A stretch of DNA of 64,000 bases from an uncultured Prevotella sp. GTDB lineage: Bacteria > Bacteroidota > Bacteroidia > Bacteroidales > Bacteroidaceae. Location: assembly GCA_900539625.1 (NCBI GenBank), contig UQCW01000002.1, positions 74,455-138,454 of the forward strand, given 5' to 3'. Within the stretch, counting starts at the first letter, position 1. The number at the start of each line of letters is the position of its first letter. The position numbers and the translations under genes were made by a program. Shown here in pieces: positions 9,392 to 18,080 of the stretch. Under the pieces are notes generated by a model. The model was not told the origin of the DNA. It saw nothing but the letters and a program-made list of their open reading frames with translations, and ran no database searches.

Positions 9392-10036
9392 TTATTCTTT
9401 TGTATTATCGTCCTTGGGCTTCCTTTTTCCAAGAGGACCGCTGAAGTTACCACGATTGAGCTTCACCCCATACTTGTTGAGTATGCGGAATATGGAGCTT
9501 CTACTCTTAAAGCCGCATACCGAATATATGTCATCAAGCGTATGCCCATTGTTATACATGCTTACAATCATATTCTCACGTTCCGCTTTCTCCTTTGCGG
9601 TAAGCGTTTTGAACTTTGTGGGTTTCATATGTTGCTGCAAATACTGTACATGGGCTTCGGCACGACGCAAAACCATAACTTCTTCAGGTAATGCTCCAAA
9701 CATCTGTAATATTTGCATCGTACTTGTTTGTGGAAAGAGTTTATCCGCTGTATCAATCTGGTCTTTTATCGAAATTAAACGAATAACCTTGACACGGCAA
9801 TACTCGAACAAAGTGGATAGTTCACGTAGCCCTTGTACTGCATTGCTGAACTTAGAAACAACCAACTCGTCACCTCTATCCAGATTTGCCAACAGCTGCT
9901 TCCATTGCGGGCGTAGCTTCTCTTGTGCCGTTTCTTCCTCGACAATCTGTACACATCCATAATCAGACATCCAAGCCTTGACTTCGGCTAAGCTATCATC
10001 ATGCGATGTACAATATATATAACCTACTTTTGCCAT
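9392..10036 (-). CDS. Serine-recombinase (resolvase/invertase)-like protein with C-terminal HTH
   Basis: N-terminus MAKVGYIYCTSHDDS resembles the resolvase GYxRVSTxxQ block but is degenerate. C-terminal TLDDIYSVCGFKSRSSIFRILNKYGV is a resolvase-type HTH. Confidence 0.5.
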   Translation of the reverse strand: MAKVGYIYCTSHDDSLAEVKAWMSDYGCVQIVEEETAQEKLRPQWKQLLANLDRGDELVVSKFSNAVQGLRELSTLFEYCRVKVIRLISIKDQIDTADKLFPQTSTMQILQMFGALPEEVMVLRRAEAHVQYLQQHMKPTKFKTLTAKEKAERENMIVSMYNNGHTLDDIYSVCGFKSRSSIFRILNKYGVKLNRGNFSGPLGKRKPKDDNTKE

Positions 10037-10065
10037 TCTTTTCTATTAGTTTTGGAAAACAAACG

Positions 10066-10073
10066 CAAAGGTA
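10066..10073 (-). promoter_or_regulatory. Bacteroidetes-type -7 promoter element (TACCTTTG) for the resolvase-like gene
   Basis: Reverse complement of CAAAGGTA gives TAnnTTTG, about 30 bp upstream of the minus-strand start at 10036. Confidence 0.4.
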
Positions 10074-10240
10074 CTTGTTTTCTCCGTACTTCAATCATAC
10101 TTGCGATGAAATTATCAAAATCGCACTTGTTTCTCCCGATTTTTCTTCACTTGTTTTCAATGCAAATAATACTTGCAAGTATGATATAGAAATATGCTTA
10201 AAGTTTAGCAGAAATGACTTGAAATACAACTATGTATGCT

Positions 10241-10248
10241 TATCTTTG
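10241..10248 (+). promoter_or_regulatory. Bacteroidetes-type -7 promoter element (TATCTTTG) for the lipoprotein gene
   Basis: TAnnTTTG match upstream of the 10354 (or 10288) start, in a divergent intergenic region. Confidence 0.35.
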
Positions 10249-10353
10249 CAACGTTTAATTCCAATTTACAAGAAAAAATAAAGCATCATGCAAATGAACA
10301 TACACCACTTTCAAGTACGAAAAGGAACAAGTAGTACAGCTCATAAGCCAAGT

Positions 10354-11397
10354 ATGAAATCTGTTCGTTTCAACTTTTCTAAACGCATCACAGCAGCATC
10401 TGCCGTTTTTGCAATCATACTTGTGTGTACATCATGTGGCAGCAGCAACAAATCACAATCGTACAATACAAGCCAAGAGGCTGTCAACGCCTATAGTTCC
10501 TATCTGTCAGAAGTTAAAAACAAAAAGGAGCTGACTTCCGACAAACTATTTGTGGAAGTAGAAAAATGGCGAGTAATACGCGACTCTGTTGTTACATGTC
10601 TACGCAAAGACACCATGTCAACCTTACACCAGGACTGGCATCAGACCTATCAGGTGATTCACGATTCGTTACGGAAGGAGTTCTGCCGCGTCGTATTAAC
10701 CAAACCACGCACATACAATGATGTGCTTCAGCTGAAAGAGGTTGCTTCATCTTATATGCAGGACGAGGACTTGAAACAAGCAAGAATTGAGGCGCAGCCA
10801 TTCTTCGATTCATTGAACGCAACCCCAGTTTACGGCATCACTATGGTAAATCTGATGAATCGTTACCGCAACTTCTTGGCCCATGTGCAATCAAAAGGTA
10901 TTCACTGCAAGAATGACCTTTTGGACTTTATCAAAGAGGAGGATCGGCTTTTTCGTTCAGTACTATCGCATCTCAGTGAAAGTGACAAACAGAATATGCA
11001 GGACATCATTCAAGAAACCGACAGATGCTGTCTGCAAGTCTTCCGCTCAGCCAACCATAAGGAGTTGTCGCACCGTGATGCTTTAGTGTACATGGCTATG
11101 CGTACTAACCGTCGTCTTATATTGAACGCAGCCCAGTGTGTTGGCGATACCAAAGCTGGCAAGGTAAAGAACGAGAGAATTGCCCAGGCTTATCTTTGGA
11201 TGTTGGTGCAGCCTTACACTTCCATTGACGGTTTGAGTTTTGCCATATTGTCGGATAAGGACAAGAAACTCATTTACAAAGTAGCAGATGAAACACCTGC
11301 TACTATCGATAAACTGGGCAAGATTCTACGAATGAATAAAGAACGCACGAAAGAACTTCCTGCACTCTTCATGAAAATAATCGTCACAACTTTCTAA
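10354..11397 (+). CDS. Hypothetical lipoprotein
   Basis: Signal peptide with lipobox MKSVRFNFSKRITAASAVFAIILVCTSCGSS. ATG at 10354 preferred over 10288. Confidence 0.55.
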   Translation: MKSVRFNFSKRITAASAVFAIILVCTSCGSSNKSQSYNTSQEAVNAYSSYLSEVKNKKELTSDKLFVEVEKWRVIRDSVVTCLRKDTMSTLHQDWHQTYQVIHDSLRKEFCRVVLTKPRTYNDVLQLKEVASSYMQDEDLKQARIEAQPFFDSLNATPVYGITMVNLMNRYRNFLAHVQSKGIHCKNDLLDFIKEEDRLFRSVLSHLSESDKQNMQDIIQETDRCCLQVFRSANHKELSHRDALVYMAMRTNRRLILNAAQCVGDTKAGKVKNERIAQAYLWMLVQPYTSIDGLSFAILSDKDKKLIYKVADETPATIDKLGKILRMNKERTKELPALFMKIIVTTF

Positions 11398-11407
11398 AAT
11401 TGATAAT

Positions 11408-11854
11408 ATGCTTAGACACTTCTACAATGAATTCATGGCATTTGTCCCGTTGCAACTTCCGCAGTTACTCAATGTGGCGACAATGGAACAACCGCAGTTC
11501 TACAATGACTACGTATTACTTACATTTCCATTATCAACGCCGATTGATTTGGAAGAGGTGATGGATATATTGGAGGATGACATGGAGCTAATCATGTTGT
11601 ATCATCATATTCCGTCACAACACACCAAGTTTGGACAAGCCTCATGTGCTTATTCCAATCCTTCTTTCGGACAGATGTTCAAAGTAAATGTGATGACTGA
11701 CGGTAATGAAATGGTGAATGCCGTCAAGGTTACTATCTATGACTCACTTGAAAAAATGTGTGCGGATGTCAATCTTGATATACGTTTACATTCCAAAAGC
11801 GGACTCTTTCGTTACAAAAGAAATGACAGTGAGGTACTGATGGACTTTTTATGA
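11408..11854 (+). CDS. Hypothetical protein
   Basis: 148-aa ORF whose stop overlaps the next start (ATGA). Confidence 0.45.
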   Translation: MLRHFYNEFMAFVPLQLPQLLNVATMEQPQFYNDYVLLTFPLSTPIDLEEVMDILEDDMELIMLYHHIPSQHTKFGQASCAYSNPSFGQMFKVNVMTDGNEMVNAVKVTIYDSLEKMCADVNLDIRLHSKSGLFRYKRNDSEVLMDFL

Positions 11855-12213
11855 GAAGTGACATTTACCGCCGTATCGTCTTTCTGATTGACGAATACCG
11901 CACCTGGGTCAAGGTAGACAATGCCAATCATTACGAGGTCTGTTCCGTCAAACTGGACGAGCGTCAGTTTGCATGCGTATGCCGTACATTGGCTTTGCGC
12001 TCCATGTTCCGCTACCGACACTACCGCAAGGGAACCATTTGGCTAATCCCGGAAACGGAACTTGACCTTGCGTTGAACAGGCTCAAACTGCATGACATAA
12101 AATTTGCCAGACGCTTGAAACGTGGAGCTGAGAATATTGGCTACAATGATGTCAACGCCCTTATACAATATGCCACCTACGGCATCATCAATCTTGAACT
12201 CTCCGATTATTGA
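11851..12213 (+). CDS. Hypothetical protein
   Basis: 120-aa basic protein, translationally coupled to the upstream ORF. Confidence 0.45.
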   Translation: MRSDIYRRIVFLIDEYRTWVKVDNANHYEVCSVKLDERQFACVCRTLALRSMFRYRHYRKGTIWLIPETELDLALNRLKLHDIKFARRLKRGAENIGYNDVNALIQYATYGIINLELSDY

Positions 12214-12239
12214 CATAGCGACTATTCAAACAATCAATT

Positions 12240-12734
12240 ATGACATGGATTTTTCTTCAATTGGTTTTCCCGTTACTGCTTCTCATTGTACCAATCGTGT
12301 TGTACAAAAGCAGTAACAGCTATATGACAAGGTTTTATATAGCCATGCTCCGCAATAAAGCTGCACGTAGACTGTACTTGCAGACATTGCTCATTGTACT
12401 GCTGTTGTTCCACTATATTTATGTCAGTGGACATTTCGGTGAATTTGGAGTATTGTTCTCCACCATTCTCTGTGGCATACTCTTCTCACATAAACGTGCG
12501 GAGCGTTGGCTGCACTTGATGAAAGCACATCGGCAACTCTATTTCAGAATGGCGGTGCTATCAATGGCTATGGTAGCCATACCGCATCTGTATACAATGG
12601 CTGTAACTGTTGCATTTCTTCTTTGGGCTGCTACATTTTATCCGTCTGCTTCCATCTTGTACGAATGGAACGACAAGGAAAAACAGGAGAAATGGAGAGC
12701 CGACTCTCGTGCACTTGCCGAACATTATTTTTAA
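12240..12734 (+). CDS. Hypothetical integral membrane protein
   Basis: 164 aa with 4-5 hydrophobic helices. Confidence 0.45.
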   Translation: MTWIFLQLVFPLLLLIVPIVLYKSSNSYMTRFYIAMLRNKAARRLYLQTLLIVLLLFHYIYVSGHFGEFGVLFSTILCGILFSHKRAERWLHLMKAHRQLYFRMAVLSMAMVAIPHLYTMAVTVAFLLWAATFYPSASILYEWNDKEKQEKWRADSRALAEHYF

Positions 12735-12819
12735 CTCATCACTCTTTTGTGCCAGAAGATGTGGATAATGGCACTACTAATCAATCCACAGCATTATTCA
12801 ATAATACAGATAAAACAAC

Positions 12820-13665
12820 ATGAGGCATAACAAAGAAAAACCTACAACCGTATCGGTAGACATCGGCTTATTTATATATCTTCAGGAAAAGGTATGTGAA
12901 CGTAAAACAAAGACGGAAGCCTATTGTAATTTGTTGAAAAAGGCATCTGAGAATTTCGTATCACCCATTTTGAAGAACCGCAATCAAGAGCTCAACATAA
13001 ACCAATGTCATGTGACCATAACAGACCTGTCGGTGGAATGGCATTGGCATCGCTCCACTGTTCGCTCATTTCTGGAGACATTAGAGGAATATGGTCAGAT
13101 TGAAATCATCAGGCTTCCCAAAAGTTTTCTCATTACAATGCCTGTCGGTATCAACGGCAATGCCGATACAACCGACACAGAAGACTTTGTACTTACCAAC
13201 AAACTGCAAACGGTTCTGTCAAATTGGGAATCGGACAACATGTCAACTTTGGAGGCAGGAGAGAAATGCATGAATCTTCTTAAAGAGGACATTAAGCATT
13301 TCACCGAAGTTTATCATACGCAACAGACAGATGCTATCGGTAATCTTCAGCAAGCTAAAGAAGCCCATTTTAAGATTGCAAAGCAGCAGTATCTGGAAAG
13401 TATGGCTATGGCGGCATACCGCAAAGTCATCCGTCGTTCTGCGAATAGTTCAACAGATGCAATGGTTCAGTTCTACGACAATGACCTTGACGGTGACTCT
13501 TCTGCTCTTTTAGAGGCATCGCAAGTACTTGCTGAACTGCTTATATACGGTATGTCTTCGTCGTTGACGAATGAAACATCGCAAACCAAGGCGCAGTTCC
13601 GCAACCTGCTTGACGCATATCGTTCTCTTTTAGCCCAATCCGTTGGACAGGCAGACCATCTATAG
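12820..13665 (+). CDS. Hypothetical protein, possible winged-helix DNA-binding mobilisation accessory protein
   Basis: 281 aa located directly upstream of the relaxase. The segment ITDLSVEWHWHRSTVRSFLETLEEYGQIEI looks like an HTH. Confidence 0.45.
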   Translation: MRHNKEKPTTVSVDIGLFIYLQEKVCERKTKTEAYCNLLKKASENFVSPILKNRNQELNINQCHVTITDLSVEWHWHRSTVRSFLETLEEYGQIEIIRLPKSFLITMPVGINGNADTTDTEDFVLTNKLQTVLSNWESDNMSTLEAGEKCMNLLKEDIKHFTEVYHTQQTDAIGNLQQAKEAHFKIAKQQYLESMAMAAYRKVIRRSANSSTDAMVQFYDNDLDGDSSALLEASQVLAELLIYGMSSSLTNETSQTKAQFRNLLDAYRSLLAQSVGQADHL

Positions 13666-13866
13666 TTTGCATAACCAGTTATAGTACGTTACCGTCTTGC
13701 TGTTATACCATTCCAACACTCTTATACCACACCGGGCTTGCCCAGTGTCCAAATAGAGGGAAGTAGAGGTAGCCTAATACCCCATGCATCTGTCGATGAT
13801 GGGAGGGGTGTCCTCTTAACGGCAAGCCGGGACAAAATACATGTACAAACAAAAAATATAAAAGGT

Positions 13867-15324
13867 ATGGCGAATAATGCGAAACAGGTAATGGACATCC
13901 GTGTTTCCAAGGGCATAACAGTAGCACAGAGCAATGAGCATCTGCGCAACTGGACGGAGAACGGGTGGAACCATGCTACACAGACGGGTAATTACGACCC
14001 GACTCGTGAACATCTTAATTTTGAAATTGTCAAGGGGGGCTTGGTAGCTCCAATCAACAAGGCGAAGAGCATTCCAGAACGTATGGCTGAGAACTTACGT
14101 GAAAGAGGCATCAAAGATCCGAATGATGGACTTTTGGAGCCCAAATTCCGAACTGTCGTGAATTGCATTTTCGGTGGTTCAAGAGAACGTATGCACGAAC
14201 TTGCGTATGGTACCCAAAAGGTAAACTTCGAGCATGGAGCAGACAATAGCCACATTCAACGATGTGAGGACATAGAGAAATGGGCAAAGGATGTTTATTC
14301 CTTTGTCTGCGAAAAATATGGAGAAGAGAATATCGCTGCATTTATTGTACACTGCGATGAACTGAACCCTCATATACATTGCACTCTTTTGCCGATTAAG
14401 GATGGTCGTTTTGCGTTCAAGAAACTCTTTGCAGGAAAGGACAAATATGAATACAGTGCTAAGATGAAACAACTGCACAGTGACTTTGCAGAGGTCAACG
14501 CAAAGTGGGGAATGTCCAGAGGAACATCTGTTGCAGAAACTTGTGCTCGTCATAGAAGCACGGAGGAATACCGTCGGCATCTGTCTGAGCAATGTACAAC
14601 TATAGAGCAGCAAATAGTGCAACACAAGAAAGCTCTTTCAGACCTCAATAAGGAGATTGACATTGCACGAAGAAGAGTTAAAGGACTCTCTTCTATGGTG
14701 GAAAATCTACTTAGGGAGAAGGCTGAAAAGGAGGCACAGCTTGCTAACTTGCAGCAACAGATTCTTGAAGGAAAAGCAAATCCTGAAGCATTGAAGGAAG
14801 CTGTTGCTAAACTTGAAGACGAATTGACCATTGTACAAAACAAATTGGCAGACAAGCAAGAGAAACTGCTGATGGCTCACCAACAGCTTGAGGAACTGAA
14901 AAGTGATATGACCGACATTCAGCAACGTACAGACGATTTGAAATCGGAGGCGCAGGAATATGCCCGTGATGTTCATTCCAAAGTGGACAGTCTGTTGAAA
15001 GATGCATTGCTTGAAAATCTGGTAAACGAACAACAGCACAGATTGGCAATGCTCAACGAGGTCGATCTGAAAATGTTTGATGGTTCTCTTCTTCAAGACC
15101 TTGCAGAGCGAGGAACGGAAATCATGCATTGCGCTACACTTTTGTTCCTCGGTATGGTGGATAATGCCACAACTTTTGCCGAAGGAAATGGTGGTGGCGG
15201 TAGTGGTAATGATATGAAATGGGGACGTGATGATGACGAGGATAACCGGGCTTGGGCAAGGCGTTGCATGATGATGGCATGCAAAATGATGCGTCCATCA
15301 ATCGGCAAGAAGCCTAAACGCTAA
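13867..15324 (+). CDS. mob: MobV/Pre-family relaxase (plasmid recombination/mobilisation enzyme) with coiled-coil C-terminus
   Basis: Contains the HxDExxPHxH motif (FIVHCDELNPHIHCTLLP) of the Mob_Pre family and a long coiled-coil tail. ATG at 13867. Confidence 0.75.
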   Translation: MANNAKQVMDIRVSKGITVAQSNEHLRNWTENGWNHATQTGNYDPTREHLNFEIVKGGLVAPINKAKSIPERMAENLRERGIKDPNDGLLEPKFRTVVNCIFGGSRERMHELAYGTQKVNFEHGADNSHIQRCEDIEKWAKDVYSFVCEKYGEENIAAFIVHCDELNPHIHCTLLPIKDGRFAFKKLFAGKDKYEYSAKMKQLHSDFAEVNAKWGMSRGTSVAETCARHRSTEEYRRHLSEQCTTIEQQIVQHKKALSDLNKEIDIARRRVKGLSSMVENLLREKAEKEAQLANLQQQILEGKANPEALKEAVAKLEDELTIVQNKLADKQEKLLMAHQQLEELKSDMTDIQQRTDDLKSEAQEYARDVHSKVDSLLKDALLENLVNEQQHRLAMLNEVDLKMFDGSLLQDLAERGTEIMHCATLLFLGMVDNATTFAEGNGGGGSGNDMKWGRDDDEDNRAWARRCMMMACKMMRPSIGKKPKR

Positions 15325-15376
15325 TCGGCATGGTTTCCATTTCACTCCTTTTCTAATGACAAAATCAAATAAGAAC

Positions 15377-16636
15377 ATGAGAAAGAAATTTATACTTATG
15401 CTTGCAGTGGCGTGTACACTGCAGATGGAAGCAGGTGTGCTATCCACTTGCATGGATTCCACCAAAATAGAAACGAAGTATTGTACGAAGAGCTTGCCTT
15501 TTGGAAGTCCGTCAAATGAAGATGCCGTTGCTATTGGTTCTTTATGGTCAGACAATTGGTTTGTTGGTGTTTCTGGAGGAACGAATGCTTTCCTCGGCAA
15601 ACCATTAGGTTGTGAGGATTTGTTCGGACGTATCAAGCCGACATTCGGATTGACATTCGGCAAATGGATTACGCCATCTGTCGGTGGTCGCTTATATTAC
15701 CAAGGTGTGCAGTTCAAAGACTGTAATCTTGCCGTTCAAGACTATCAGCATCTTCACGCTGATTTTATGTGGAATGTGCTTGGAAACAGATACGGCAAAC
15801 AGGATGATGTCCGTTTGGGTATCGTTCCGTTTGTTGGTGTCGGTTTGCTCCACAATAAGAGTAATGGACAAAAGCCTTTTGCACTCTCTTACGGCATTCA
15901 AGGTCAGTATCGTCTAACGAAACGACTATCAGCTACTTTGGAGATTGGCAATACGACCACCTTTCAGGAGTTTGACGGCTATGGAAAAGTCGGCAGATTT
16001 GGCGATCATCTGATGTCTTTGACAGCAGGATTGTCCTTCAATATTGGTAAAGTTGGATGGAAGCGTATCGGCAAATCTGCTCACACGGATGTCGAATATG
16101 CACATTCTAATCATTGCCTAACTGCCAATAGCGATGTTGGTGACCACTACACTCGCAATGACTACAGTGGTTTGAATTCTCTTCGTGCAAGATTGAACAA
16201 CAAGCGTTGGGACGGTAAGACGCCTGTCCAAAATGATAGCACTTCCTTGTTCGATCGGAATGAACACGGAACCTCTGGCTATTTTTCTGAAATGCAAAAT
16301 GGCAATGTTTGCATTGGGACACCCGTATACTTCTTTTTCGAGCTTGGCACAACGCAGCTTGTCACTCCGTTGCAGTTACTGAACTTGGACGAGATTGCAC
16401 ACGTCGCCAACGAACATTGCTTAAGAGTAAAAGTCGTCGGGGCAGCTGATAGTGCTACTGGTTCGGCAGAAATAAACAAGAATCTTGGTACTTCCAGAGC
16501 AAAATTCATTGCCAAGGAATTGAATAAGAGAGGGGTGGCATCTGATTGTATCACTCTTATAAACGAAGGAGGAATATCCGATTATACTCCCAATGAGGCA
16601 AACCGACAGACAAAAGTGATGCTCTATCATAGATAG
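15377..16636 (+). CDS. OmpA-family outer-membrane protein
   Basis: Signal peptide MRKKFILMLAVACTLQ. The C-terminal OmpA-like peptidoglycan-binding domain is …RVKVVGAADSATGSAEINKNLGTSRAKFIAKEL…. Confidence 0.65.
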   Translation: MRKKFILMLAVACTLQMEAGVLSTCMDSTKIETKYCTKSLPFGSPSNEDAVAIGSLWSDNWFVGVSGGTNAFLGKPLGCEDLFGRIKPTFGLTFGKWITPSVGGRLYYQGVQFKDCNLAVQDYQHLHADFMWNVLGNRYGKQDDVRLGIVPFVGVGLLHNKSNGQKPFALSYGIQGQYRLTKRLSATLEIGNTTTFQEFDGYGKVGRFGDHLMSLTAGLSFNIGKVGWKRIGKSAHTDVEYAHSNHCLTANSDVGDHYTRNDYSGLNSLRARLNNKRWDGKTPVQNDSTSLFDRNEHGTSGYFSEMQNGNVCIGTPVYFFFELGTTQLVTPLQLLNLDEIAHVANEHCLRVKVVGAADSATGSAEINKNLGTSRAKFIAKELNKRGVASDCITLINEGGISDYTPNEANRQTKVMLYHR

Positions 16637-17020
16637 GCTTTTATAAATTCATACGACAAAACAATCAATTGAAGCAGTAGTCGGCTCGTGATGAGTCGGC
16701 TATTGCTGTTTCTATCCTCTTGTATTTCTGCGATATTCTTATTATTTCATCCAGCTAATACTTGTCAGCCCATCATTTTTCTATGCAAAGTTACTGCATT
16801 GAGTGAACGTCAAGCATCGCCTTTGGGCTAAGCACTTCGGAATGGAACGGCAGCCTTCCCAAATCAAAGATATTGGGTATTCCGTTCAATTCCTTGTCAT
16901 TTGCTTGCCTTATCACTCTTGTCATGCAGTTTAGAAATGCACGAAAAATCAAGTTCCCGACAAGCGAAGCTGATAAGGCTTCAATCAAAGGGAAGAAAAT
17001 AAAATTCAATTCAAACGGAT

Positions 17021-17212
17021 ATGAAAGTAAAAAGACTGACAAAAGAACAAGGCAAGCGGTTTGACATCTGCCGTTTCCCTAATTTCCACAAGACAGGCAG
17101 TGTGAAATGCATGAAAAGCCTTTATTATGGCAAGGACGCATTGTTAGTACGTTGTGGTGATTATATCTACAACGTGACAAGCGAACCGAACATTTATGAA
17201 CAAGCAAAATAG
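17021..17212 (+). CDS. Small hypothetical protein
   Basis: 63-aa basic ORF overlapping the start of the next gene. Low support. Confidence 0.25.
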   Translation: MKVKRLTKEQGKRFDICRFPNFHKTGSVKCMKSLYYGKDALLVRCGDYIYNVTSEPNIYEQAK

Positions 17213-17603
17213 TATTGATATGACGAACAAACTGATTACGCCTCAGTTTATGGAGGCAATAAAAAACTTTCCTCTTTACTCACAAGAGGAAAAAGGCAAA
17301 GACGCTATTTGTGTGGCTGTATTTACCATAGGACGCATCAGATGGTTTGTTCTTGAAGGACAGACTGAAGGAAATGACTTTATGTTATTCACTATTGTAT
17401 GTGGATTGTGCGAAACGGAATACGGCTATGTGTCAGCAAACGAATTGGAGAAAATAGAAATTGATGGCTCCAAGTATGGGATTAATGACAAGTTCCATGT
17501 ATGTCAGGTAAAAGGTTTTACACCAACCAAACTGAAGAACATACAAGACAATGAATTGCGTAGCTTTCTTCATCGCCTTTACTCAAAGCCCCAAAAGAGC
17601 TAA
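17196..17603 (+). CDS. DUF2958-like protein
   Basis: PLYSQEEKGKDAICVAVFTIGRIRWFVLEG…EYGYVSANELEKIEI matches my memory of the DUF2958 pattern (LYSQDGKGDDA…W..TE…G). I am not certain of this family assignment. Confidence 0.45.
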   Translation: MNKQNSIDMTNKLITPQFMEAIKNFPLYSQEEKGKDAICVAVFTIGRIRWFVLEGQTEGNDFMLFTIVCGLCETEYGYVSANELEKIEIDGSKYGINDKFHVCQVKGFTPTKLKNIQDNELRSFLHRLYSKPQKS

Positions 17604-17661
17604 TTTGTTACATCTGCCGTAGGCTGCTCAAACCAGTCTACGGCACAAAAACTATCACAAT

Positions 17662-18021
17662 ATGGAAAAGATACAAGACATGGTTATCAGTGTAGCCGAA
17701 AAAGAAGGTTGGGCTGTCACTATCGAGGAACAGAATGAATTACGCATCACTTTCAATTTTGCAAAGTTCACGCCCCAAGGACAGGATTTCTCTTTTTCTG
17801 CCAACACTTTTGACAATGACCACTATGTGCTTTTGGAAAACATCTTTGAATATTACCAGGACTACGACCCCGACTATGAAGCATATCTATGGATTGGTCC
17901 GAACGGACACGGACAGAATGGTGCGCCATACCACATTGCGGACATTGTGGAGGATATGAAAGCTGCCGAAGATATGGTGTTTCAGTTGCACACGGCACTC
18001 AGTAACGCTTTCAACGCTTAG
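17662..18021 (+). CDS. Hypothetical acidic protein
   Basis: 119-aa ORF followed by a bidirectional terminator. Confidence 0.45.
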   Translation: MEKIQDMVISVAEKEGWAVTIEEQNELRITFNFAKFTPQGQDFSFSANTFDNDHYVLLENIFEYYQDYDPDYEAYLWIGPNGHGQNGAPYHIADIVEDMKAAEDMVFQLHTALSNAFNA

Positions 18022-18023
18022 AC

Positions 18024-18072
18024 CAAACAAAAGCCAGCCGTAAGGAGAGGACAATAACTTCTCCCTACGGCT
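18024..18072. terminator. Bidirectional terminator hairpin
   Basis: AGCCGTAAGGAGAGG…CTTCTCCCTACGGCT stem between convergent genes. Confidence 0.55.
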
Positions 18073-18080
18073 GACTTCTC

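Noticed and set aside
9363-9962. 199-aa plus-strand ORF
   Set aside because: It lies entirely antisense to the resolvase-like gene, which has a recognisable HTH and a promoter. Its composition is that of a shadow ORF.
14707-15129. 140-aa minus-strand ORF inside the relaxase gene
   Set aside because: It is antisense to the coiled-coil region of Mob. Leu/Gln-rich mirror ORFs are expected opposite coiled-coil coding sequence.
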